A DNA stretch of 64,000 bases, from IMG/VR virus record IMGVR_UViG_3300010002_000006, positions 124,001-188,000 of that record; one strand, written 5' to 3'. Made by a program: the position numbers and the translations under genes. Origin of the DNA: an uncultured virus (IMG/VR IMGVR_UViG_3300010002_000006) (taxonomy: Duplodnaviria > Heunggongvirae > Uroviricota > Caudoviricetes). The notes beneath the pieces are model-generated. The model was not told the DNA's origin and ran no database searches. It saw nothing but the letters and a program-made list of their open reading frames with translations. Below, in pieces: positions 8,233 through 17,434 of the stretch (position 1 is the first letter of the stretch; every line of letters begins with the position of its first letter).

Positions 8233-9735
8233 TTAGTAACCGTTGTTCACGCCACCCATAATCAGTCCATTGTTATTGTTATCCGGGAACCCCATGTTCC
8301 CCAGGGCGGTACCCATATTGTTGTTACTCATGCCATTGTTGTTATTGTTTCCCGCCGGCACGAAGTTACCAGTATAAGGGTCACGTACCATGTTACCGTT
8401 ACCGTTCATGCCCACCAACGGCATCATGTTACCCATGCCGTTCATCATGCCGTTCATCATCATCCCCATCATGGCCGGGTTCATCATGCCATTGGGCATC
8501 ATGCCGTTCTGCTGACCGTTCTGTGGATATTGGAAATCTTCAGAGATGAAGCGACCATCTTCGGCCAGACGTTTCACACGAATCATTCCAGTTTGTTGCT
8601 GGAACTTATATTCGTAGATACCGTTGTGCGGAGAGTACTCCGACCCGATGTAGGTTTCGCCCGGTAAGGCATCCGGCACTTTTGGTGCGTTGCCGGTGTG
8701 TGGCGCCACATTGTGCTGAACCTGATGCTGGTTGTTGTTCTGATTGGTATCATTAAACATACCGTGCAACGGGTTGTAGCTGGAGATACGGTTGTTCACT
8801 GCTGTTTCTGGTACCGCAGTCAGATTATAGTTGTTATAATCCAGCGCCGGAATCAGGCCTTTGATTTCACCAATCTCATCGAGATCAGAGATCCAGTCCA
8901 GATCAATACCGTAAACGCCGATGGAATCGAACTCTTTACGGAACTTACCGATCAGACCATTCAGATCGCTGGCTACCAGACCGTAGGAATGCAGGTAGGC
9001 AACCAGACGCGCTGCATCAGAAGACGTCGCAGAATACTTCTTACGGCTTGGGTCCACACACGCCGGCAGTGCCAGTTCAAACAACGCAATCACTGTGTTC
9101 AGTGCCTGCATGGTAACACTTTTGTTGTTGAATGTTACACGGTCGCTGGGCTTCAGGTGTTCGTTCTGACTGACCACGCGATAGAGCTCAGTATAGAACG
9201 GGAAGCTTGGGGTCGCGGTGTAGTACGCCGTTTCGTCGTTGTCGGTTTTGCCGCCTTTGATCAGAGAGAAGTTAATCAGACGGGTATCGAAGCCCGATTG
9301 ATCATCCACCACAATCGAGATGGCTTTAATGATGTCGATGACTTCAAGCTTGACATCTTTCGACAGGTTCTTAAACGGCTCCAGCGATTCCAGCATTTTG
9401 CCTGACAGTGTTTTGCCGCTTTTCTTACCGGCAACCGCACACAGCACTTCGAATACAGACTGGAAGGTGGTGTGCAGTTTGGCGGTGGTGAGTTTGCGGA
9501 TAACCTTGAACATCTCTGTCTCTTTAGACATGATGGATTCACAGGCCGGGTGGAAGAACACTTTGCCGATGGTGACGCCGTTCAGGTTGTCAGAGGTTGG
9601 CAGATAGGTTTGTTTACCATCCACTTTTACCGGCACAGACAGGCCATTGGTGTTCAGCGTGATTGCGTAGTCATCAGTAAACGTACAACCCCACGATTCT
9701 AACATGGCGGCATACAGTTTGTTTAATTTGTTCAT
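8233..9735 (-). CDS. Conserved core protein (phiKZ gp70 position) with M/N/G-rich low-complexity C-terminus
   Basis: 500 aa; lies between PicA-like and nvRNAP beta genes. Confidence 0.6.
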   Translation of the reverse strand: MNKLNKLYAAMLESWGCTFTDDYAITLNTNGLSVPVKVDGKQTYLPTSDNLNGVTIGKVFFHPACESIMSKETEMFKVIRKLTTAKLHTTFQSVFEVLCAVAGKKSGKTLSGKMLESLEPFKNLSKDVKLEVIDIIKAISIVVDDQSGFDTRLINFSLIKGGKTDNDETAYYTATPSFPFYTELYRVVSQNEHLKPSDRVTFNNKSVTMQALNTVIALFELALPACVDPSRKKYSATSSDAARLVAYLHSYGLVASDLNGLIGKFRKEFDSIGVYGIDLDWISDLDEIGEIKGLIPALDYNNYNLTAVPETAVNNRISSYNPLHGMFNDTNQNNNQHQVQHNVAPHTGNAPKVPDALPGETYIGSEYSPHNGIYEYKFQQQTGMIRVKRLAEDGRFISEDFQYPQNGQQNGMMPNGMMNPAMMGMMMNGMMNGMGNMMPLVGMNGNGNMVRDPYTGNFVPAGNNNNNGMSNNNMGTALGNMGFPDNNNNGLIMGGVNNGY

Positions 9736-9761
9736 AAAGAAATCTCAATGTTGGAATTCGA

Positions 9762-11309
9762 TTAAAGGGAGAAGTACTGCTGCACGTTAGAGAAGAAGTT
9801 CGACCCTGCTACACGTGCGTCTTCGCTGTGACCCAGAATCGGGCTGGTTGCATTGATTGCGAACGTCGGGAACATGTGGACTTTACCGACACGCTGTCCT
9901 GCTTCTTCGGTTGAGAACCCGTTACCAATGTTGGTGTCATCAACCTGTGCAATATCAATGCACGTGGTACCAAACAGTTCCGCATCGACCTGGAATCGAA
10001 TAGGGGTCAGACCGTTGATGTTCAGACCGTTTAACTTGGTAAAGATCTGTGACCGGAGATCTTCAACAAACGCTTCGGTTTTCTGATACAGTCGAACGTC
10101 ATCGTCTTCCAGGGAAGCTGGGTTGTAGGGGAAGATAACGATGTTGTCTAAACCACCGTCGCCGAAGTTATCACAGTTAGATCCGCGGAAGCTGATCATA
10201 TTCAATCCGTGCTTCAGTAAAAGATCAAGGATGTTTACCTCGATCTCGGTCGCCACAACTTCAACCAGACTTGAGGTACCGAAGCTTTCGGTGTCCTGCG
10301 TGTAGTCCGTTGAGGTGAATTGCTCACTGGTCAGGATAGTCAAATCCAACACATCGTTGAAATTGTCAAACACCATTGCCAGGTCGCCGATGCGATAACC
10401 GGTAAAGCCTTTGAGGTTGCCTGCATAACCCAGGTTTTCCATCATCTCGGCAAAGAACGGATCACGCAGCATCTGCGGTTCATGACGCTGAGCCTGATAA
10501 CTGAGGTTACCCAGTTCACCAAACAAACCATCCCAGTTACCCATGTTAACCCCAACGTCCATGCTGTTGCTGGAGATCATGGTGTTACGCTGCAGATTGG
10601 TCCCGGCTTTCAGGATGTCTGTGGCGTAGCTTGACGGGTTGGTGTTGTTACGACGTGAAGCAATTACGCCTGCACGATCAATCGAAGACCCTGCCGGTTG
10701 TACCTGAGGTTGAATACCCGATAAACCTTCTTCGTCCATGCGGGTCTGCAGATCCTGCTCAGTGGCTTTCTCCAGGCCGTAGTCGATAACATCAGAAGGA
10801 CGCAGAGTGACCAGGTCATTACCCGCAGCACCGTCGTTGAACATGTAGTCAGTACGACCACCGATCTTGCGCTGGATAGAGGTAGGATCCAGACCCATGC
10901 CCGGTATGTTGGTGGTAACCGTTTCCTGTGACCGCCAGCTCATAACCGGGTGGAACTCTGCATCGCGGGTCAAGCCTGCAGTCGATGCGTTGTTGGTGAT
11001 ATAGCCCAACACGTGCATGTACTCGACCATGACCGGACTGTCCTGCGTGACCATATCCAGCTTCAGCAAGCCTTTGGTTTCGTTCCAACCTTCTTTGATG
11101 TTGGCAAAGCTCGATGCCTGAATGTTCAGACCGCCTGACATCACTGCGGTGTGCAGCAAGCTTGCCGGGTTGATCCCGCCATTGTGGTTCTGCATGGTGA
11201 GCTCGTCGATGAGCTGAGTGTGAATGTTCATGGCCGGGTTACGAATAACCTGTGGGTTATAGTAGTTGGTCAAGCCCGCCATTGCACTTACTAATGTTAC
11301 ATTACTCAT
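9762..11309 (-). CDS. picA: Phage-nucleus protein importer PicA/Imp1-like (phiKZ gp69 position)
   Basis: 515 aa, directly downstream of the gp68-like gene; assigned by synteny and size only. Confidence 0.55.
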   Translation of the reverse strand: MSNVTLVSAMAGLTNYYNPQVIRNPAMNIHTQLIDELTMQNHNGGINPASLLHTAVMSGGLNIQASSFANIKEGWNETKGLLKLDMVTQDSPVMVEYMHVLGYITNNASTAGLTRDAEFHPVMSWRSQETVTTNIPGMGLDPTSIQRKIGGRTDYMFNDGAAGNDLVTLRPSDVIDYGLEKATEQDLQTRMDEEGLSGIQPQVQPAGSSIDRAGVIASRRNNTNPSSYATDILKAGTNLQRNTMISSNSMDVGVNMGNWDGLFGELGNLSYQAQRHEPQMLRDPFFAEMMENLGYAGNLKGFTGYRIGDLAMVFDNFNDVLDLTILTSEQFTSTDYTQDTESFGTSSLVEVVATEIEVNILDLLLKHGLNMISFRGSNCDNFGDGGLDNIVIFPYNPASLEDDDVRLYQKTEAFVEDLRSQIFTKLNGLNINGLTPIRFQVDAELFGTTCIDIAQVDDTNIGNGFSTEEAGQRVGKVHMFPTFAINATSPILGHSEDARVAGSNFFSNVQQYFSL

Positions 11310-12954
11310 TTGGTTCTGCCCCTAAGTCAAATTGGTTAGTTTCTTTAATCAGTCGGATAAGTTCGTGCTTGATCGCAGGTAACATGTCAACCTGATACAA
11401 TTGTCCAGATGCCATGACTGCAACGAAGTCTTTGTTACCCAACAATCCCGGTTCGATATTGGAATCCCAACCGGTGGTACTCAGTTCATCCAGGAAGTCG
11501 GTGACCGATTTCACTAAAATGTTTTCAGTACTGGAGATCGACTGACCCACATACACATCACACAGTTCAACCAGTTGATCACGGTCTTTGGTGGAGAGTT
11601 TGAAGTCGTCGTCAAGATACATGGGTGAATAGGTGGGATTACGCACAATCGCACACAGCTGTGCTAAATGTTCATAGCCCGATTCAAAGAGCTTGACCTG
11701 TGCCAAACAGATGGCCGCCATGAGCTGGTCATAGTTCAACGCTGGATACAGATTAAAGCTGACGTGTCCGCGGAATGTCAGCGACAGTAACTTTAAATGC
11801 ACCAGGGTCAAGCGGAAGTTCCATACCCGTGGTAAGGTATTAAACAGCCTTTCTGCCAGTTCCTGATTTTCAATACCAAGACCCAGACACTGATAGCTAA
11901 AGAAGTCTTTGGTCTTCTTGACATACTCCGTGGTGGCGTTGCCGTATTTGTCTTTGCCCGGTACCTCATTATAGAGGTCAAAAGTAAAGTACTCAGCCTG
12001 TGCCGCTTCATCAGTACCGTTAACCACCTGAGTGATACGGTAGCTTTCAGGAATCGACTGGTCATCCGAACCTGGTTTGGGGTCACCGTACGTTTTGAAC
12101 TTCACGTCAGTGGCGCCGCGGATATCACCTTCAACCAGGGAGTTCAACTCTTTGGATAAGTTCTTGCCATTGATCTTACTGGGCAGGAAGGTTAAACAGA
12201 GTTTGTTGAACAGACCTTTATACACGATGTAATCGATGTACTTGGTTTCAGAGACGACCGCAATAGAGTTACGTCGTGCTTCCTGACGCAGACACGATGC
12301 TCTTACATAAACATCCAGAATGGTCCAGCCACTCATTTCGGTCAGCGGGTGAATATGGGAGATCAGGTTCTCACCCACAATCGCATCTTTGTAATCTTTA
12401 CCGGTGGTTGGCGTAACGTGTTCCAACAGCTGGTTAATAATCGGGAACGAGAGCTGGGTAGCAAAAGCAAGTTTCACCAGTTCACCGTACTTGCGATTAT
12501 CAATGGTGGTCTCCTCAGGGTAATCCCCTAATTGCGACATTGCCATGAGATCTTTGGGTGCTTCAGTACGTCCTGAAACTACCGCGCCGTACACAATGTC
12601 CTGCGGTGGGAACAGGCGATAGATTTCGTTGATTACCTTTTCCAGTTTACCGGTGACGAATTTGTAATCCTGATTGAACCGACGCAGTTCTAAAATCTCA
12701 GGCGTTTCAGGGTCATTGAAGTGACCAGGTGAGAGAATGCGTTTACCTTGACAGAGCAAGGTCCAGAGCTGGGCACGTTGGTGATCGTGACAGCTGCGCA
12801 GAAACTCATTGATGTATTCAAAGAGTTCTTGGTTAGCATCACCCCCGTTGACCTTTTGAGCACCGGTAAAGATCAAGGAATCCTCACCGTACTTAACGAC
12901 AATTGCGTCAATGTTCTTTTTCCCGGTCATCCGGGTTTCATAACGCATTTCCAT
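11302..12954 (-). CDS. nvRNAP sigma-like specificity subunit (phiKZ gp68-like)
   Basis: 550 aa helical protein; synteny ChmC - gp68 - PicA - gp70 - beta - beta'. Confidence 0.55.
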   Translation of the reverse strand: MEMRYETRMTGKKNIDAIVVKYGEDSLIFTGAQKVNGGDANQELFEYINEFLRSCHDHQRAQLWTLLCQGKRILSPGHFNDPETPEILELRRFNQDYKFVTGKLEKVINEIYRLFPPQDIVYGAVVSGRTEAPKDLMAMSQLGDYPEETTIDNRKYGELVKLAFATQLSFPIINQLLEHVTPTTGKDYKDAIVGENLISHIHPLTEMSGWTILDVYVRASCLRQEARRNSIAVVSETKYIDYIVYKGLFNKLCLTFLPSKINGKNLSKELNSLVEGDIRGATDVKFKTYGDPKPGSDDQSIPESYRITQVVNGTDEAAQAEYFTFDLYNEVPGKDKYGNATTEYVKKTKDFFSYQCLGLGIENQELAERLFNTLPRVWNFRLTLVHLKLLSLTFRGHVSFNLYPALNYDQLMAAICLAQVKLFESGYEHLAQLCAIVRNPTYSPMYLDDDFKLSTKDRDQLVELCDVYVGQSISSTENILVKSVTDFLDELSTTGWDSNIEPGLLGNKDFVAVMASGQLYQVDMLPAIKHELIRLIKETNQFDLGAEPNE

Positions 12955-12982
12955 AGTTCATCTCCAATAACTATTTATGTTA

Positions 12983-13010
12983 TACACCCTGATAATATCT
13001 GGTTAAAAAT
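12983..13010 (-). promoter_or_regulatory. Putative phage early promoter
   Basis: TTTAACCAGATATTATCAGGGTGTA on the minus strand (core 12992..12999). Confidence 0.6.
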
Positions 13011-13092
13011 ATATAGGGTATATAAAAGAAGCAGGTGGGTTACTATAGATTGGGGATGCGGTATTTATCTAAAGACAGCATAAAAGTTAAGA

Positions 13093-13122
13093 GAACTCCT
13101 AGCCCGTGAAGGCTAGGAGTTC
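13093..13122 (-). terminator. Terminator hairpin
   Basis: GAACTCCTAGCC/GGCTAGGAGTTC 12-bp stem after the chmC-like stop. Confidence 0.7.
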
Positions 13123-13139
13123 AAGATAGTGGTTACTGC

Positions 13140-13901
13140 TTAGAAGTCAATATCGGTATCGAAGTCAGGCATTGGGGCTTGACGAGTCTGTTGACCACCG
13201 CCATTACCGCCGTTGCTATTTCCGCCACCATTACTGTTACCACCGCCGTTCCAACCGCCACCGCCGTTGCCACCGCGGTTGCCGCCATTACCGCCGCCGC
13301 CATTATCTTTCTTCTCACGCGGTTTGAAGTTATCCCACTCGTACTGATCCAGGAACTTCTTGGAGAAGTCGATAAACGCTTTGCAGTAGACACGTGACAT
13401 CAGACCACGATCTTCACGCGGCTCGCCACCTTCAGAGGCAACCAGGATTACCGAGTCGTATGGTGAGGTGAACGGGAACATCACTTTGTAGGTGCCCTTG
13501 GTGTAACCCACCAGGATACGGCCTTCGCTGTCACGCATAACAGTAAAGGTCGCCAGCACAGACGGATGTTCGTTCATGCGGCCGTTGGCGCCGAATACTG
13601 TTTTCTTCACCACGTACTGAGACTTGGTAAAGTTAGGATTGTTGATCGCCTCTTCCATCAGGTTAAAGAGCGCGCCACGATCCAGCACGGACATTTCTAC
13701 TTCTTTGCTTTTGGCGTTCTTATCGTCACGACCCCAGATACCGTCGTTGATTTTGAAGTAGATTGAGCCATTTAAGCCGCAGTCCCAGATCCAACGAGCC
13801 GGGTGCTTTGCGCCTTCAACCGGTTTGTCAGATTTCGGCATTGGGTAGCGGAAATCGTTCAGCATGGTCTGCGGGCGGCGTTGTACGTTTTGGTTATCCA
13901 T
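13140..13901 (-). CDS. chmC: ChmC-like nucleic-acid-binding protein (phiKZ gp67 position)
   Basis: About 250 aa with a Gly/Asn-rich disordered tail, immediately upstream of the gp68-like gene, matching the described ChmC architecture; acidic end DFDTDIDF. Confidence 0.6.
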   Translation of the reverse strand: MDNQNVQRRPQTMLNDFRYPMPKSDKPVEGAKHPARWIWDCGLNGSIYFKINDGIWGRDDKNAKSKEVEMSVLDRGALFNLMEEAINNPNFTKSQYVVKKTVFGANGRMNEHPSVLATFTVMRDSEGRILVGYTKGTYKVMFPFTSPYDSVILVASEGGEPREDRGLMSRVYCKAFIDFSKKFLDQYEWDNFKPREKKDNGGGGNGGNRGGNGGGGWNGGGNSNGGGNSNGGNGGGQQTRQAPMPDFDTDIDF

Positions 13902-13916
13902 TTGAGATCTCTCTTT

Positions 13917-14714
13917 TTAAATCATTTTCAGTAGAATGTCTTTCTCTGGGCTGGGCGCCAGAGACCGGATAGAACGGGCAACCATGCCAGGCGTCGATGC
14001 TGTGCTCCAATGGGCGGCGTCGGCCAGTTGCTTTAATTCGTTCTTTACACCAATAGGCTGCGAATAGAAGTTAATGGAGTTGTCTCCAAAGATCTGAATC
14101 GTTAATTTGCTCATCGGTATGTTAGTGAGTTTGTCTGACCCTGTGAGCTTAGTATAGAACAGCGTGTAATTCTTTATTGTGCCGGTATGCGACTCCAGCA
14201 AGTTGAGCCTGGCGTACGAGTCCGTGGTGACCAGGTCAACCGGGTGGCTCGTCAGGATCAATGCTTGTCCTGCAAATTGCGGGACAACGCTGTCAACAGA
14301 ATTAATGTGTTTACCAAACTCACTTAGCAATTTATCAATCACCCCTTGATCTAACTGGGCAATGCTTTTTTGTTTGTCAGTTCCGTCCTTTGCTACGTTT
14401 TTGAGCTTAGCCAGTGGAAACAACCGGGGCAGACCTCTGTACGAGGGATAGTAAAGCTTGATGTCCAGATCGTTCTTGAGCTTCATATCCGCAATAAATT
14501 CCAGCAGACCCACAATGTCCTCTTTACACGCCTGAAATAACTCCGCATGTTTGGGAACATATTGGTCATACGCTTGCCGGGCATTACGCACAATGGTCCG
14601 TAGGTTGATCAGAAAAGAGTGGTATTTGTACATCGCAGTTTTAGGCAGCGCTTCAAGAGCCAGCGCTGTTCCTACACTCACGGGGACCGTACCACGGGTC
14701 CTTTCAATCGCCAT
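13917..14714 (-). CDS. Conserved core protein, possibly 5'-nuclease-fold (phiKZ gp66 position)
   Basis: 265 aa; LINLRT, ILTSHPVDL and QIFGD motifs; overlaps the SbcD-like gene. Confidence 0.45.
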   Translation of the reverse strand: MAIERTRGTVPVSVGTALALEALPKTAMYKYHSFLINLRTIVRNARQAYDQYVPKHAELFQACKEDIVGLLEFIADMKLKNDLDIKLYYPSYRGLPRLFPLAKLKNVAKDGTDKQKSIAQLDQGVIDKLLSEFGKHINSVDSVVPQFAGQALILTSHPVDLVTTDSYARLNLLESHTGTIKNYTLFYTKLTGSDKLTNIPMSKLTIQIFGDNSINFYSQPIGVKNELKQLADAAHWSTASTPGMVARSIRSLAPSPEKDILLKMI

Positions 14715-15846
14715 TCATGACCTCATCGAGTAAGTCACTGAGCAGTTGCCGATCAATCTCTTCGTTCTGCAGCAGTGTGGGTTCCATAAAGTTAAACAAA
14801 CTATCCTTCAGGTTCCCCTTATTAAGATGACGCCCTTTATACATCTCAGGGATATACAAGGTATCATCAATCTCAATACTGTCCTCTTTAGCGTTCTCCA
14901 GATCGAATACGTACTGCGGGTATTGATCTTTGTAATCGTTAATCAACGGGGAGGTCACAGATGACAATCCACCCACTAACCGAATATGGGTGTTCTTTGG
15001 TGGCACTTTAGCCAGGTAGTTGTTGAGCTCTTTGGCAACCTGTCGGGTATTCATCTCACGGTTAATCAAGATCTTATCAAAGATCAACGCGTTTTTGTTT
15101 TCCCAGAACTCCGCATGAAAACTCTCTTCATTAAAACGGAATCGGTACGCCCCTTTCGGGTGCATCTCGCCAAAGGCTGTGCGATCAAACGACCCACCAC
15201 CAATGATCTTTCCTTTATTCGCCGGTTTATGGATATGACCACTAAAGATAACTTTCTTGGCCAGAGCTTGCCATTTCACCGAATCATACAACGTCCCCTT
15301 TTTATTGGCGATTGGGGGAAGTTGGAAATCAAACCCACCGTGTAGAACAATTATGTCTACCTGGGTAATGTTGTTTTCTGCCAGTAACTGCAGCGCTTGT
15401 TCATAAATCAATTCAGTTGGTGTGTGACCAAAGTTATCTGGCACATACATCAACCAAAGTTTAAGTTCTTCGATATACTCAACACTCAGGGAGTTGACGT
15501 ATTTAATATACGGGCTGTCCTTGGGTTTCAAGATATCAAAGATTTCAGGTTGTGCCCAATCGTGAGACGATGTCCCCTCGATAATACGCACGTGCACCTT
15601 TTTCTCATGACACAGATAGAGGTGCTTTTTGATCCAGCGCTGACACAACATGTAATTGACATCGTTAGCTGGCGCTAGATCATGAAAGAAGTCCCCGCCC
15701 CATAAGCTCAAGTCAATCTTGGAGAGATCGTTGTCCCGGTAATAAAAGTTATCCAGGTTACTCAAGATGTGACGGGTGGGTGTGTGCGGGTGAAGGTTGT
15801 GGTGATCCGTTGAAAACAGACCGTGAAACATGTTCTTTTTAAGCAT
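14704..15846 (-). CDS. SbcD/Mre11-like metallophosphoesterase nuclease
   Basis: Motifs STDHH, GGDFFH, GTSSHD, VLHG, SGHIH. Confidence 0.85.
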   Translation of the reverse strand: MLKKNMFHGLFSTDHHNLHPHTPTRHILSNLDNFYYRDNDLSKIDLSLWGGDFFHDLAPANDVNYMLCQRWIKKHLYLCHEKKVHVRIIEGTSSHDWAQPEIFDILKPKDSPYIKYVNSLSVEYIEELKLWLMYVPDNFGHTPTELIYEQALQLLAENNITQVDIIVLHGGFDFQLPPIANKKGTLYDSVKWQALAKKVIFSGHIHKPANKGKIIGGGSFDRTAFGEMHPKGAYRFRFNEESFHAEFWENKNALIFDKILINREMNTRQVAKELNNYLAKVPPKNTHIRLVGGLSSVTSPLINDYKDQYPQYVFDLENAKEDSIEIDDTLYIPEMYKGRHLNKGNLKDSLFNFMEPTLLQNEEIDRQLLSDLLDEVMNGD

Positions 15847-15873
15847 TACAAATCCTTGACACCCGCATGGTTA

Positions 15874-16665
15874 TTAATCGCTAAGCAGATCAAATGGGCG
15901 ATCGGTAGAGGAAGATTGGTCTTCTACTTTATTGGACTCGCCGTTGAAAATAAATGTGCCCTGAGTGATCTCATTCACCACGGCGCGCTCGGCTGCGTTG
16001 ATCTTTTCTGACCGGCTATTACGCAGCAGAATATCAGTGACCTGATCCAGGAGATCGCCGTTCGAGGGGTGATTCATCTTCACACCTTTATAGGAGAAAG
16101 TGTCACGGATGTAGACCACCTGTTTGGAGACATACGGGTTAATACCGTGTGACAGGTAATACTCCCACGGGATCATCATGGTCAGGGTGTCGTACTCTTC
16201 ATTCTGCGAGGTCACCTTTTCAATGATAGACGCCACATTGTTGACAATGCTGTCCACATCCGCTTTATCCGGAATGTTGGCCGCATGAGCTGCCTGACGG
16301 GTGACCTGATCCAGGTAGTTCTTGTGGTTGATCCCAAGGTCCATGTCAATGAACTTACGAATCACCAGCACTGGCTCTTTCTCTTTATTGAGCACGATCA
16401 CGCCTTTGGTGTAACCGTCGGTCAGGACGTTCCAGCTATCCTGATTAAAGTAGTTCTTACCGGCTACGTTACCAATGGCAAACAGCGGCAACCAGTTGGC
16501 AACAAAATACTCTTCATCCATCAGGACGTGTTCCACAAACTCCCCATCAGGCAGCTGCATCACTTTGTGACCACCCACATCCAGGGAGCGGATATCACGT
16601 AACATGTCTAACAGTTCGCCGTGTTTCTGTGAATCAATGCCCGCAAAGGCGTTATTATTTTCCAT
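15874..16665 (-). CDS. Hypothetical core protein
   Basis: 263 aa ORF in the core block. Confidence 0.7.
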   Translation of the reverse strand: MENNNAFAGIDSQKHGELLDMLRDIRSLDVGGHKVMQLPDGEFVEHVLMDEEYFVANWLPLFAIGNVAGKNYFNQDSWNVLTDGYTKGVIVLNKEKEPVLVIRKFIDMDLGINHKNYLDQVTRQAAHAANIPDKADVDSIVNNVASIIEKVTSQNEEYDTLTMMIPWEYYLSHGINPYVSKQVVYIRDTFSYKGVKMNHPSNGDLLDQVTDILLRNSRSEKINAAERAVVNEITQGTFIFNGESNKVEDQSSSTDRPFDLLSD

Positions 16666-17074
16666 TGTTCAATGCTCTCATCTGATCGATAATTTTAAAG
16701 GAAGACCCTTCGAGTGCCACCGCATGGGCGACATCGTAAATTTTGCCATCTTGACCCACTTCGCCACTCAGCGCCAGGGTAAACATTTTGTCACCCGGTT
16801 GTTTGCGAATGGCGATTGCACCGACGCTAACCGTGTCAAAGATCTGCAACAGATATTCGGTGAAGTTTCTTTTAATGTCCTCTAAGAATGCTTCTTCACT
16901 GTCTTTATCATCCTGATGTTTGGCCACGATATATTGGTACGAATGAATATCGCGTAGAATGATTGACTGATCAACACGGTTGGCGAAATAGTACTTCACT
17001 GCCCGATCGATCTTTAATGTGGGCTCTTCAATGAACCCCACGGTATCCATGGTTCCTACAACGCCCTTTGGCAT
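16655..17074 (-). CDS. Hypothetical core protein
   Basis: Start reassigned to MPKGVVG (GGAGAGAG RBS). Confidence 0.7.
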   Translation of the reverse strand: MPKGVVGTMDTVGFIEEPTLKIDRAVKYYFANRVDQSIILRDIHSYQYIVAKHQDDKDSEEAFLEDIKRNFTEYLLQIFDTVSVGAIAIRKQPGDKMFTLALSGEVGQDGKIYDVAHAVALEGSSFKIIDQMRALNNGK

Positions 17075-17134
17075 AATCTCTCTCCAGTTATATTCGTAAT
17101 CAAAATATAAACAAAAAAAAAATAACACAGTATG

Positions 17135-17162
17135 CAGGATCTCCCAATGACGGGAGATCCTG
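17135..17162 (-). terminator. Terminator hairpin
   Basis: CAGGATCTCCC/GGGAGATCCTG stem; T-tract about 10 nt downstream on the minus strand. Confidence 0.7.
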
Positions 17163-17171
17163 TTAGTAAAG

Positions 17172-17345
17172 TTATTTGTTGCGTCTGGCCATTGTTGGTG
17201 CTGGGGTGATCAGAACCTTTACCGCGCCCACAATTGCACGCAGGGCAGCATAACCAAAAACCATAACCGCAGTCCCAGAAAGGAATGCGCCGACCATAGC
17301 AACGCCATCAGGAGTGTCTGAGCTAAGAGTAATTAATTCTAACAT
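17172..17345 (-). CDS. 57-aa predicted membrane peptide
   Basis: Below the track cutoff: MLELITLSSDTPDGVAMVGAFLSGTAVMVFGYAALRAIVGAVKVLITPAPTMARRNK; GAGG RBS; own promoter motif and terminator. Confidence 0.65.
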   Translation of the reverse strand: MLELITLSSDTPDGVAMVGAFLSGTAVMVFGYAALRAIVGAVKVLITPAPTMARRNK

Positions 17346-17389
17346 ATTCGCCTCACTATATAAGTTAAGTGTTTAAACTGTTTAGGTTT

Positions 17390-17416
17390 ATTACTTAAAT
17401 GATATAGGTCTGAAAC
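17390..17416 (-). promoter_or_regulatory. Putative phage early promoter
   Basis: TTTCAGACCTATATCATTTAAGTA; near-identical copies at about 50330 and 56150. Confidence 0.65.
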
Positions 17417-17434
17417 TCTATGCACCTGAAACCG

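Noticed and set aside
8698..9405. Long antisense ORFs (for example 8698..9405, 39129..39761, 6470..6994)
   Set aside because: Shadow frames of well-supported opposite-strand genes
13190..13305. GGN/AAY tandem repeats as a DNA repeat or CRISPR-like array
   Set aside because: Explained by the Gly/Asn codons of the protein tail. No CRISPR repeat-spacer periodicity was seen anywhere in the window.
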